Below are positions 31,774 through 41,436 of a stretch of 64,000 nucleotides of DNA, in pieces. Within the stretch, counting starts at the first letter, position 1; each line of letters starts with the position of its first letter. The translations under genes were made by a program, and so were the position numbers. Source of the DNA: Candidatus Omnitrophota bacterium (GTDB lineage Bacteria; Omnitrophota; Gorgyraeia; Zapsychrales; JAHFFX01); NCBI GenBank assembly GCA_023247705.1, contig JAHFFY010000001.1, positions 97,358-161,357 of the forward strand, given 5' to 3'. The notes under the pieces were generated by a model that was not told where the DNA came from, ran no database searches, and worked only from the letters and a program-made list of their open reading frames with translations.

Positions 31774-32760
31774 TCATGAACATTTCATTATTTTTTCGAT
31801 TGCATGAATGACATCTAAGGGTTCTAGCAACTTCATGCATTCATGCTGATATAAACAACTGGCCCGTTCACAGGGAGAGCAAAAAATATCCTTTTGAACA
31901 ACGATATGGCGACTGTTTCCCCATGGACCGTATTTTTTCGGATCCGTCGGGCCAAAAATCGCCACGACTGGCACACGCAGATAACTGGCCAGATGCATCA
32001 CCGCACTATCGTTGACCAGGGCTAGGACCGATCGGCTTAACAGATCGGCTAATTGCGTCAAGGTTGTTTGCCCGCAGAGATTCAGACTGGGATGACGCAT
32101 TGCGGATTGGATTTGGGCAGAGATTTGCGCATCATTGTGATCCCCGATAAAAATAATGTTGCAACGATAAGTTGCTACTAAATGGTCACAGACCGAAACA
32201 AACCCATCCTTCTCCCAACGTTTAATGTGGTTCGCCGCCCCGGGACTGATAATAAAAATTTTCTGGTCCTGGGCCAGTTCTTTTTTTAATATTCGATCGA
32301 TTGATCTCGTATCTTCTTGAGAAATAAATAAGGCATAGCGCTTTTCAGATTCTGTTTCGAAAGGAACAATCGATTTCAAATGATTCAGGTGTTTAATCTT
32401 CATATGTTGACTGGAGGAATTCGCAATATTGGGTAGCGTCCTCTTCCGGGCCCGAATCATAAACGGGATGGCACTGTTGCGCAGATCAATCACTAAATCG
32501 AAGTGTTTTTTTCTTAATTCTCTAATCCACTGAATTTTTTGAAGATTGCTTGAGTGTTTGTTAAAAACATAGACTTGGTCGATATGGGGGTTCCCGGCAA
32601 AGAAGCTTTCCGCTTTAGGGCCAACCACAATTGATAGACGTGCGGTGGGAAAATCTCGTTTCAGGATATCGATTACCGGGAATGAGAGAATGACATCGCC
32701 CAGATTTGATAGAGAGATCAGGAGAATATCTTGAACATTATTAAGGTTTAAATTCATACG
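31774..32760 (-). CDS. Glycosyltransferase family 9 (LPS heptosyltransferase-like)
   Basis: GT9 signature ILLISLSNLGDVILSFP. Start is placed at MNLNLNN; the track ORF extends to 32871, overlapping the upstream gene. Confidence 0.75.
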   Translation of the reverse strand, partial: RMNLNLNNVQDILLISLSNLGDVILSFPVIDILKRDFPTARLSIVVGPKAESFFAGNPHIDQVYVFNKHSSNLQKIQWIRELRKKHFDLVIDLRNSAIPFMIRARKRTLPNIANSSSQHMKIKHLNHLKSIVPFETESEKRYALFISQEDTRSIDRILKKELAQDQKIFIISPGAANHIKRWEKDGFVSVCDHLVATYRCNIIFIGDHNDAQISAQIQSAMRHPSLNLCGQTTLTQLADLLSRSVLALVNDSAVMHLASYLRVPVVAIFGPTDPKKYGPWGNSRHIVVQKDIFCSPCERASCLYQHECMKLLEPLDVIHAIEKIMKCS

Positions 32761-33794
32761 CTTGAGCGGATTGTTGAACGATTTGTTTGAAACTTGCGCA
32801 CTTCCATGACAACATCTTCGACTTTGATTGATTCCATGCAGATATTCCTCGGGCAGTTCAGGAAATAACATGGGGCGCGATTACATCCGACATCCTTTTG
32901 GATGATCCGCACCTCTCCTTTTCCCCGAGGCCCTGTGATTTCCGGTCTTGTGGGACCGAATAGTCCGATCACCGCCGTTGCGACACTATTGGCTAAATGA
33001 AGCGGTCCGCTATCGGCCGAAATAACAAGATGACTTCTTTGCATCAACGCCAGAAGACGTTGGATTTTGGTCTCGCCGGCCAGGATGATTGGATCGGTTT
33101 GCGATATCAATGCAATTGTGTTTGCCAGGTCGACATCTTTTTGAGATCCTGAAATAATAACTTTTATATTGCAATCCTTCATCAAACATCGTACCAAAAG
33201 ACCAAAAGATTCCGGGGACCACCGTTTAAGATCCCAATTGCCTCCTGGATTGACAAGGACCAAAAAATCCTGAGCGCTGATGCCCTTTCTTTTTAGAAAA
33301 ACATCGATATCCTTTAATTCTTGCGGTTTGACCTTCAAGTCACAGATCCGGTCAGGAATTTTAATTCCGAATGATTCAATGACCTGCAGATAGATGTCGG
33401 ACCGGTGAACATTTCCTGCTAAAGGTTCAACTTTATGGGTTAAGAGGAATCCTCTATTTTTGGCGTCATATCCGACGCGCAAAGGAATTCCAGCACTAAA
33501 AACCAAAAACGCTCTGGTCATCGAACGGTGCAATAAAAAGGCAATATCAAATTGCTTTGATCTGATCTCGTTGATTAATTTTAATTTTCCAATCAGGCCC
33601 TTATGTTTTCCATCTTCATCATAAGATATGATCTGATCAATCTCCGGAATGCTTTCTAAGATTTCTTTCACTCTGGGAACCGCCAGACACACAACGGTCG
33701 CATGCGGATAAGCCGTCTTTAAAGCTTTAAAGACGGGTGATGAAAAGATAACATCTCCCAGCCAGTTTACATTAACGACTAATATACGTTTCAT
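32754..33794 (-). CDS. Glycosyltransferase family 9 (LPS heptosyltransferase-like)
   Basis: 346 aa with RILVVNVNWLGDVIFSSP (GT9 N-terminus) and a C-terminal GPLHLA...GPT block. Confidence 0.8.
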   Translation of the reverse strand: MKRILVVNVNWLGDVIFSSPVFKALKTAYPHATVVCLAVPRVKEILESIPEIDQIISYDEDGKHKGLIGKLKLINEIRSKQFDIAFLLHRSMTRAFLVFSAGIPLRVGYDAKNRGFLLTHKVEPLAGNVHRSDIYLQVIESFGIKIPDRICDLKVKPQELKDIDVFLKRKGISAQDFLVLVNPGGNWDLKRWSPESFGLLVRCLMKDCNIKVIISGSQKDVDLANTIALISQTDPIILAGETKIQRLLALMQRSHLVISADSGPLHLANSVATAVIGLFGPTRPEITGPRGKGEVRIIQKDVGCNRAPCYFLNCPRNICMESIKVEDVVMEVRKFQTNRSTIRSSV

Positions 33795-33834
33795 ATTTAA
33801 TGTTCAGATTTTTAAATTAATTAATCCTGTGGAG

Positions 33835-34941
33835 TTAATTAGTTTTATCCGATGAAATTTTTTTGTATAACTCTTGAGTCGCATTCACCATGCTGCTTGC
33901 GGAATATTCTTTTTGAACAAAACGTCTGGCCTGTTGCCCCATCTCGAGCGCCCTTTCTTTGTTCCGGGCAAGCAACATGACCGCTTCCGCCAGTAAGTAG
34001 GAGTTATCTGGTGGAACTAATAGACCAGTTTCGCCGTCTTCGATGAGATTGACAAGACCCCCGATCTTTGAGGCGACAACCGGAAGACCCGCGGCCTGGG
34101 CCTCCAGCACGGATAATCCCAGTCCTTCTTGAAGAGAAGGAAGGACAAAAATATCAAATAAGGATAACAACTCGGCCGTTTTGTTGACAACAGGATAAAA
34201 TTGGACATGATCTTGCAGTTTCAACGCGGCGACCTGCTGTTTTAAATTCTGTTCTTCTTTGCCCTCTCCAATGATCAAAAGTTTTGCTTTGGGATAATGA
34301 TCAATGATTTTTTTCATGGAGGCAATCAAGACATGGTGCCCCTTGACATCCGATAAACGGGCAATAATCCCGATGACCGGATAAACGTCCAATCCAAAGG
34401 ATTTTTTTCTAGCCTGTTTTTCTTTTTCAGTGAGTATGGGGAAATTTGCAATATCGATCCCATTTTTAATAAGGTCTACTTTGGAAGGAGCGATTTTAAA
34501 ATCTTTGGTCAAATGTTCATAGACCGCTTCACTGATCGCGATGACCCGCTTGCCCCAGCAGGGAAACATTCGTCTTGATAAACGCGGTTTAAAAAAACCA
34601 TGACAGGTGGAAATATTTGGTCGTCCGTTCATCCGATTCAGGCAAGTGGCGATCACCTGACAAATCCGCGTGTGTGCATGAATCACATCGATCTGGTTGT
34701 CTTTTACAAAGCGGTTCAGCCATCCGGCCGCCCAGTAAATCCGATAATCCAGTTCTGATTTCGTGCGGATATTCATGGTGATGTGCTCTATGCCCAGCGT
34801 ATGCGCCTGTTCAACCAAATTTCCACCGCTGGTAATCAAAAAAACACGATGCCCCTCTTTCACTAATCCCTGATTGAGTGTCAGGAGATAACTGGAAATC
34901 CCACCGGTATTAAAATGTGTTGTTAAATGTAAAATATTCAT
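33835..34941 (-). CDS. Glycosyltransferase family 4 (GT-B, group-1 glycosyltransferase)
   Basis: 368 aa with the N-terminal NILHLTTHFNTGG and a C-terminal E-x7-E motif (EGLGLSVLEAQAAGLPVV). Confidence 0.85.
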   Translation of the reverse strand: MNILHLTTHFNTGGISSYLLTLNQGLVKEGHRVFLITSGGNLVEQAHTLGIEHITMNIRTKSELDYRIYWAAGWLNRFVKDNQIDVIHAHTRICQVIATCLNRMNGRPNISTCHGFFKPRLSRRMFPCWGKRVIAISEAVYEHLTKDFKIAPSKVDLIKNGIDIANFPILTEKEKQARKKSFGLDVYPVIGIIARLSDVKGHHVLIASMKKIIDHYPKAKLLIIGEGKEEQNLKQQVAALKLQDHVQFYPVVNKTAELLSLFDIFVLPSLQEGLGLSVLEAQAAGLPVVASKIGGLVNLIEDGETGLLVPPDNSYLLAEAVMLLARNKERALEMGQQARRFVQKEYSASSMVNATQELYKKISSDKTN

Positions 34942-37055
34942 TTCATTGGTTCGCTAGAAATTTGCTGCGCCATTAATTTCTCGATTTTGGACAATACCTC
35001 TTCCGCGGTGATGGTTTGCATGCAGTCATGCGTTTTAATCCGGCAGCTGGAACTGTAGCACGGAGAACACGGAAGATTTTTTTTGATGATCTCGTTTTTA
35101 AGCGCGTGAGGCGCATGACGGGCCGGATCAGTTGGACCAAAAAGAGCGACAAAGGGAATTTTCATCGCCGCCGCGATATGCATCGGTGCGGAATCTGGAG
35201 TTACAAAAACTTTGCAGCGTTTGATTAATGCGGCTAATTGCAGGATATCCGTTTTTCCAACAAAAATCGCGGGTTTGGTCTTAGTGAGTTTTAAAAGTTT
35301 GTGCGTTATTTCCTGATCTTTGTCCATACCCGTGATCATTACCCGAATGCTTTTGGCGGACAAAAGATCGCATAAACGCGCGATGCGCTCGATCGGCCAA
35401 TTTTTTGTTCCCCATTTCCGGGAAGCCGCGATATTGATCCCGACAACATTATTCACATTTCCCAGCCATTCTGAATCCAAAAGTCCTTTGGCGTATTCAT
35501 GATCTTTTTTTGAAGGCCAAAGTTGCAATGGGATCTCCGGGTTCCACGGGATATCTAACAATTTTAAAATCTGAAACTGGTGCTGAACCGGAGCCATGTT
35601 CTTATCGATGTCTTTTATTCGATGAGATAACAAAAATCCCCATTTACGATCATAACCGTAACTTTCTCTTGGGAAACTTAATAACGAAAGCAAATGACTT
35701 TTGCGGCTGTTTTGAAAGTCGATGATCTTATCAAATTTATACTGGCGCAATCTTTTTGAACATGACCATAATCCGCGCCATCCGCGATCGGCGGCATGGG
35801 AATCAAAGACGATCAGTCCATCGAGATCAGGACATCGCTGTAAAATATCCTGCGCGCCTGTCCCCACCAGACAATAGATTTTGGCGTTCGAAAATTTTTT
35901 CCGAATTGCCTTTAACGAGGAGGTGATCAGGATGACATCACCGATGGAACTTAACTTAATGACCAGAATACGGCAAGAGTTTAATAATTCCTGATAAACT
36001 TTTAGCGTTTGTTCGGCCATCTGTTTCAAGGTAAAATTGGCCAAAAGTTTTTTTTGCGCGTTTGTCGTGAGACGTTCGACTAATTTAGGATCTCGTAAGA
36101 GTCGGATCACCTGTTCCGCCATTCGGTCCGGATCTCTGGGTTCAACTAAAATCCCTGTTTGTTCGTCATCAATAATTTCAACGACTCCTCCCACCCGGGT
36201 GGCGACCACCGGAACGCCGGCGGCTTGAGCCTCTAAAATCACCCGGCCAAAGGCCTCTTGGGTAATCGTGGACAAAACGAGCACATCCGTTTGAGATAAC
36301 AATTGGGGAATATCTTTGCGATTTCCGAGAAACTCAACAGATTCTTTTAATCCAAGCCGCCGCACCAGCGTTTCTAATTCGCGCTTATAGGATTCTTTTT
36401 TCTCCGGCACATCACCGATGATCCAGATTTTTATCATTGGCAATGTCCGGATGACTTTAGACATGGCCTTTAAAAAATAGATGTGACCTTTGAGGGGAGT
36501 GATCCGCCCGATCATGGAAATGACAAACGGCCCTTGAGCGTTTTTTTCTTTTCTGGGAAAATGAAACTTTTCCAGATCAACACTCCTGGGGATGAGACGC
36601 AGATCCAAGGGATCGACTTTGAAGTGTTTAACCATGTGCTGACCGATCACTTGACTCGGGACAATGACAAGTTTAGGCAAGCCCATCACCCGGCTTAGAA
36701 AATGTATCGAATAATATCCGTGACACGTTGTAATAAATTCTGCCGCGGTCCCCCGACACGCAAAAAATGCAATCCACGCTGGCACGCGGGATCTGGCATG
36801 AACAATATCGATCCGTTCGTCTTTAATAATTTTTTTTAAGCGATGGATACAGGATAAAATTGTGCCGATCGATTTTTTGTGCACCGGAAGAGCGTAATGC
36901 TTTGCTCCCGCCTTTTCTAACTCCGGGACTAATGTCCCACCGTTAGAGACAACAATCGCTGGATGGCCGTGAGCGATCAAGTATTTTGCAAAATCGATCG
37001 TCCCGGTTTCCACCCCACCGACATTTAATTCAGGAAGTATTTGCAGAATTTTCAT
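34938..37055 (-). CDS. Bifunctional GT4 (N-terminal) - GT9 (C-terminal) glycosyltransferase fusion
   Basis: 705 aa. Residues 1-~365 are GT4 (ILQILPELNVGGVETG...EAFGRVILEAQAAGVPVV). Residues ~366-705 are GT9 (RILVIKLSSIGDVILITS...TPDSAPMHIAAAM...CSPC). Confidence 0.8.
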   Translation of the reverse strand: MKILQILPELNVGGVETGTIDFAKYLIAHGHPAIVVSNGGTLVPELEKAGAKHYALPVHKKSIGTILSCIHRLKKIIKDERIDIVHARSRVPAWIAFFACRGTAAEFITTCHGYYSIHFLSRVMGLPKLVIVPSQVIGQHMVKHFKVDPLDLRLIPRSVDLEKFHFPRKEKNAQGPFVISMIGRITPLKGHIYFLKAMSKVIRTLPMIKIWIIGDVPEKKESYKRELETLVRRLGLKESVEFLGNRKDIPQLLSQTDVLVLSTITQEAFGRVILEAQAAGVPVVATRVGGVVEIIDDEQTGILVEPRDPDRMAEQVIRLLRDPKLVERLTTNAQKKLLANFTLKQMAEQTLKVYQELLNSCRILVIKLSSIGDVILITSSLKAIRKKFSNAKIYCLVGTGAQDILQRCPDLDGLIVFDSHAADRGWRGLWSCSKRLRQYKFDKIIDFQNSRKSHLLSLLSFPRESYGYDRKWGFLLSHRIKDIDKNMAPVQHQFQILKLLDIPWNPEIPLQLWPSKKDHEYAKGLLDSEWLGNVNNVVGINIAASRKWGTKNWPIERIARLCDLLSAKSIRVMITGMDKDQEITHKLLKLTKTKPAIFVGKTDILQLAALIKRCKVFVTPDSAPMHIAAAMKIPFVALFGPTDPARHAPHALKNEIIKKNLPCSPCYSSSCRIKTHDCMQTITAEEVLSKIEKLMAQQISSEPMK

Positions 37056-39034
37056 ATAATCTTTCTGACACCATTGAGAATAGTTTCCTGGTCGTTGATG
37101 GGCCTGGTTCGCATTTTATTTTTAATCACATCACAAATGGACCGTTTGATATGATAAACGTCGCAGGACAGGATATAACCTTGTTCATTTAATTTTTCGA
37201 TAAATGAATCATGTTTGAATGAACTCATCAGCGCCCGTTTTTTCTTTTTGACAGAAAAAACAATTGTATTTTTTCCGGAACTGGCGGACTCGGAAATCAT
37301 TGAAACACTATCGCCTGAAACAACCAATACATCGGACAACCCCAGAATACCGCCAAACGATTCGGGAATGTTCACTCGGTTGGGAATGATCGATAATGCA
37401 CAGCGGGGGAAACGGCGCAACTCGCGCAAGACCAAGTTTTCCACTTGGGCAGATGTTCGACGGGACGTTGTGACCATAATCTCGGCATTAATCGCCTCGG
37501 CCGCCTCCTTAATCTGATGGATCACAATCTTGACCAAATATTCAGTCAATCGATAATTTTTGTTGTCTCCTCCCAAGAGTAAACCAATCTTGATTTTCTG
37601 GCGTAGCTTAAGATGGGAAAAGCGATTCAATAAGGTATGCGTTTGCTGCTGAAGATATTGGGCGGTGATGAGATTCGGTGCGCCTTTGGTCACGATGATT
37701 CGGTCCTGATAACGGTAACTCGAGGAAAGATCATGTTGAGGTAAGACGATCAAATCGAACCGGCGGAAACTTAGCATCCCAGGCTTAAGGACCGAGATAC
37801 TTTTTGCTTGATGATCTTTAGCCAATAAATAGTTTAGACTCGATACCGAAGACCCGCAGGAAACAATGAAATCGGCTTTCATGGACATCAGCTGTTCAAA
37901 GGATTCGTGGGTCAAAAATTTGCGCAAAAATTCCAGACGCCCTTGAGAAAAGAAAGAATTCGAAAGAAGGCTCAGGAGGGAGATCAAGCGAGATTCCAAT
38001 CGACTTTTAAAAATGACTGGTAACGTAACCGTTTTTGTTTGAATCCCTCTTTCGTGCAACGCCGTCTCAATCAGTTTGGCTATGGTTTCGGATTGTCGCA
38101 GATGCCCTATTTTCCCATCGCTGAGAACGACAATCGTCGATTCATTAGAATATTTCCAAATTTTATAAAACCACATGTATTCGGATGGATACTGCCGGAT
38201 ATAGTGTTCCATGTTCTTCGTGATGATGTTCAGGTTACTAATGACGTCTGCATCAACATTGCCTGTTTTGATCAACTCGATTGGTTTATTGATAATCAAT
38301 CGGTGTTGCGAGACATTGTCCCGAATAATGACGGAAAAACATAATGGGACGCCTAATTTTAACCCCAGGCGAATCGCCCCGCTGGATAAGGACGCCTGAC
38401 GATCAAAAAACGGAACCAAGGTTCCTTCTTTTCCTCCTTGGTCAACGACCATCGCGATGACTTCATTATTTTTTAAACTTTTGATCATTTCCCGGCTTCC
38501 CAGTCCGCGTGATAGCACAACCGATCCACCGCATTCCCGATAGGAATTAAGTAATTCATCTAGTTTGGAAAACCGGTTTTGCGGCTTGACGATCACTTTA
38601 TACGGACTCCCCAACAGCGCACAGGCTAAACTGGCCAATTCCCAGCTGCCAAAATGCATGGCGATGATAATCACGCCCCGGCCTTCCTTGAGGGCGTTAG
38701 AAATATGCTCTTTTCCTTCGATCTTGATGACTTTATCAAAATCTTCGGGTTTCATCAAAGGGAGGCGAAAGAGCTCAATCAGATTCTGTCCAAAATTTTG
38801 GAATAAATTTTTGGTAATTTTTTTGAGTTCATTAGACGTTTTCGTCTCTGAGAAGGCAATCTTAAGATTTGCATAAGCTAGGGATTTATGACGGATGTCA
38901 AAATAATACGCAAGCACTCCAAGGATCCGTCCGATTCCTAATGCCACCTTGAGCGGTAGAGCACGCATCAGTACACCGAAGGCTTGGGCGCTATAATAAA
39001 GCAAATATTCGTTGAGCGAGGTCTTCTTTACCAT
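37052..39034 (-). CDS. Lipid A biosynthesis LpxL/HtrB-family acyltransferase fused to a C-terminal ELM1/DUF1022 domain
   Basis: 660 aa. The N-terminal ~300 aa match the lauroyl/myristoyl (Lip_A_acyltrans) family (HFGSWE catalytic-dyad region). The C-terminal ~360 aa carry ELM1/DUF1022 hallmarks (VLSDGKIGHLRQS, TTSRRT, VVSGDSVSMISESASSG). Confidence 0.7.
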   Translation of the reverse strand: MVKKTSLNEYLLYYSAQAFGVLMRALPLKVALGIGRILGVLAYYFDIRHKSLAYANLKIAFSETKTSNELKKITKNLFQNFGQNLIELFRLPLMKPEDFDKVIKIEGKEHISNALKEGRGVIIIAMHFGSWELASLACALLGSPYKVIVKPQNRFSKLDELLNSYRECGGSVVLSRGLGSREMIKSLKNNEVIAMVVDQGGKEGTLVPFFDRQASLSSGAIRLGLKLGVPLCFSVIIRDNVSQHRLIINKPIELIKTGNVDADVISNLNIITKNMEHYIRQYPSEYMWFYKIWKYSNESTIVVLSDGKIGHLRQSETIAKLIETALHERGIQTKTVTLPVIFKSRLESRLISLLSLLSNSFFSQGRLEFLRKFLTHESFEQLMSMKADFIVSCGSSVSSLNYLLAKDHQAKSISVLKPGMLSFRRFDLIVLPQHDLSSSYRYQDRIIVTKGAPNLITAQYLQQQTHTLLNRFSHLKLRQKIKIGLLLGGDNKNYRLTEYLVKIVIHQIKEAAEAINAEIMVTTSRRTSAQVENLVLRELRRFPRCALSIIPNRVNIPESFGGILGLSDVLVVSGDSVSMISESASSGKNTIVFSVKKKKRALMSSFKHDSFIEKLNEQGYILSCDVYHIKRSICDVIKNKMRTRPINDQETILNGVRKII

Positions 39035-40067
39035 GGGTGATTTGAATTTTAATTTTTAAATAGTAAATTTTTAATCCGCTTTGCACAAACAAGGATTGCT
39101 GTGTCTGCAATTTAACGGCGTCTTTTTGAGTCGTTATTACTGTGTCAATTTTCTGCGATTGAAAATCCTTTATAAGATCCGAAATGTCTTGAGTGTTATA
39201 GTAATGATGATCCCGGAATGGCGTCATCATCTTGACTCGCGCACCAAGCCGCTCTAACTGCCATCGAAAAGATGCAGGATTCCCGATACTACAAAAAGCA
39301 CCGATGTCTTTATTCTGCAAGAATGACAAATCGTGGTGTTTATCAATATTCCATAAATCATCAAGGGAAATCGCCTGATGAATACTTTCGATGATCAAGC
39401 ATTGCGGTTGAACATTGAATATAACATTTTTAATCTCTGGTAATGCCTTTTCCCCTAAATCTGTTCTAGTCAAGACAACAACGTCTGCGCGCACCAAGGC
39501 CTTCTTCGGTTCACGTAAAATACCTCGCGGGATCAAGAAACCGTTGCCAAAGGGATTGGTCGAATCAATAACGACAATATTAAGATCGCGTTTGATCCCC
39601 CATTGTTGAAATCCGTCATCAAGAATAAAAAGATCAGGATGATATTTTGCTAAAGCCTCTCGCGCATTTTTGACCCGGTCTTTTCCGGCTAAGACCGGGA
39701 CATGCGGCAGAGATTCCTCTAATAGCTTTGCCTCGTCGCTCAAAAAAAATTTTCCTGAAGAAGCTACCTCCTTGGGCATATACCCTCGGATAAGGATGAC
39801 TGGTTTTTGTTTTTGTTCTGTTAGAAGCGAGGTAATCAACTCAACCAAAGGGGTTTTCCCAACACCACCCCAAGTGATATTGCCCACACTGATGACTGGT
39901 TTAGAAAAATTATGCGTGCGAAAAAATCCGATGCGATAAAAAAATAAAATGCACTCAACAATTGCGCCATACAGCAATGACAAAATTTTTAAGATAGTAA
40001 AGATTGTCCGTCCATCCCCGCTTGCCATGGTTTGGTCTGTCATCACGTTATAGATCATTTTTTTCAT
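38991..40067 (-). CDS. lpxK: Tetraacyldisaccharide 4'-kinase
   Basis: 358 aa with the GNITWGGVGKTP P-loop typical of LpxK. It overlaps both neighbouring genes. Confidence 0.85.
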   Translation of the reverse strand: MKKMIYNVMTDQTMASGDGRTIFTILKILSLLYGAIVECILFFYRIGFFRTHNFSKPVISVGNITWGGVGKTPLVELITSLLTEQKQKPVILIRGYMPKEVASSGKFFLSDEAKLLEESLPHVPVLAGKDRVKNAREALAKYHPDLFILDDGFQQWGIKRDLNIVVIDSTNPFGNGFLIPRGILREPKKALVRADVVVLTRTDLGEKALPEIKNVIFNVQPQCLIIESIHQAISLDDLWNIDKHHDLSFLQNKDIGAFCSIGNPASFRWQLERLGARVKMMTPFRDHHYYNTQDISDLIKDFQSQKIDTVITTQKDAVKLQTQQSLFVQSGLKIYYLKIKIQITHGKEDLAQRIFALL

Positions 40068-41352
40068 GAGCGGGTCTGGTTATTATATCGTTTTTAAGAA
40101 TTTGGCCAATAAAAGATAAAATTCTTTCTGTCGCCCCTCCCTGGTTAAGGACAACCTTTTTAGCTGACTGTCCGATATGGACTAGGTTCTCGGGATGACG
40201 CAAAAGGTCGATCATTTTTGATTCCAGTTCGATTTCATTCTGAATCTGGATGACCGCTTGGTTTTGTAAGAAAATATCCAGGATATCGTGAAAATTATCC
40301 ATGTGCGGTCCGACCAAAACAGTATTCCCAAAAAAGGCAGGCTCAATAATATTATGTCCCCCTTTCATGGTTAAGCTTTTCCCTAAAAATACGATTTTGG
40401 ATAACGCATAAAAGGATCTAAGTTGGCCAATGGTATCCACCAGAATGACTTCATCGTGTTGGATGGGCCGCGTATTTTGGATTTTAGATAAAGTGATGGG
40501 CGTCATCCCGTAATGTTTTATTAATTCAAGAACTTCTTTTGAACGTTCAATGTGTCTGGGAGCAATCAGCAAGCGCAGATGTTGAAATTCAGAAGATAAA
40601 TTTTTTAAAATTTTCAAGACAATCGCTTCTTCTCCGGGATGAGTGCTCCCGGCAATCCAAAGCAGGTTTCCGGGAGAGATGGACAACCATGGAGTGTTCA
40701 GCGGAATTTCCTCGGGAACTTCATCAAATTTCATGTTCCCGGTCACAGTGATTTTTTTGTTACCAACCCCTAACCCACGTAAAGACTCTGCATCCCGATG
40801 ACTTTGCATGCAAAACACGGCGACACAATCCAGCGCCGGTTTAATTAAAAATTTAAACGCTGAATATCCACGGAATGATTTTGGCGATATCCTTCCGTTG
40901 ATCACAATAATCGGTATGCGTTCTTTGTTGAGTCTTAGAAAAAGATTTGGCCAAATTTCGGTTTCTGTAACGATGTAAATTTTGGGGCGGAGCTGGCGTA
41001 TGTATCGTTTGACAATCCAGCTGAAGTCCAGCGGAGCAAAGATAATTTGATCGGCTTGTTTTATTTGGGAAACAGCCACCGCATACCCGGTCTTGGTTAC
41101 AGTCGATAAAACCACGCGATGATTCGGGTATTTCTGTTTGATCAAACGGATTAAATTGACGATCGCCAAAACCTCTCCAACACTGACTGCATGAATCCAG
41201 ATGTTGTCCTGGGAAGAGATGGCGTCCTTAAATTTTTCAGAGAAAATTCCAAACCGGGTACGGAATTTTGAATGCCATTTTCGTCTCGCGATCAGATACG
41301 GGAGGTAAATAATGGAAAAAAGTAAAAATATAAAATCATAAATGGTGCTCAT
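40048..41352 (-). CDS. waaA: 3-deoxy-D-manno-octulosonic acid (Kdo) transferase
   Basis: 434 aa of the GT30 family (IWIHAVSVGEV...), the first gene of the minus-strand LPS cluster. Confidence 0.9.
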   Translation of the reverse strand: MSTIYDFIFLLFSIIYLPYLIARRKWHSKFRTRFGIFSEKFKDAISSQDNIWIHAVSVGEVLAIVNLIRLIKQKYPNHRVVLSTVTKTGYAVAVSQIKQADQIIFAPLDFSWIVKRYIRQLRPKIYIVTETEIWPNLFLRLNKERIPIIVINGRISPKSFRGYSAFKFLIKPALDCVAVFCMQSHRDAESLRGLGVGNKKITVTGNMKFDEVPEEIPLNTPWLSISPGNLLWIAGSTHPGEEAIVLKILKNLSSEFQHLRLLIAPRHIERSKEVLELIKHYGMTPITLSKIQNTRPIQHDEVILVDTIGQLRSFYALSKIVFLGKSLTMKGGHNIIEPAFFGNTVLVGPHMDNFHDILDIFLQNQAVIQIQNEIELESKMIDLLRHPENLVHIGQSAKKVVLNQGGATERILSFIGQILKNDIITRPAHEKNDL

Positions 41353-41436
41353 AAGGTCTCAAATCATGTTTGTGAACACTAAACAACTGTTTCTTCTGGA
41401 GAGTCACGCAAAGTTGACATCGTATGCGTTTTAAGT

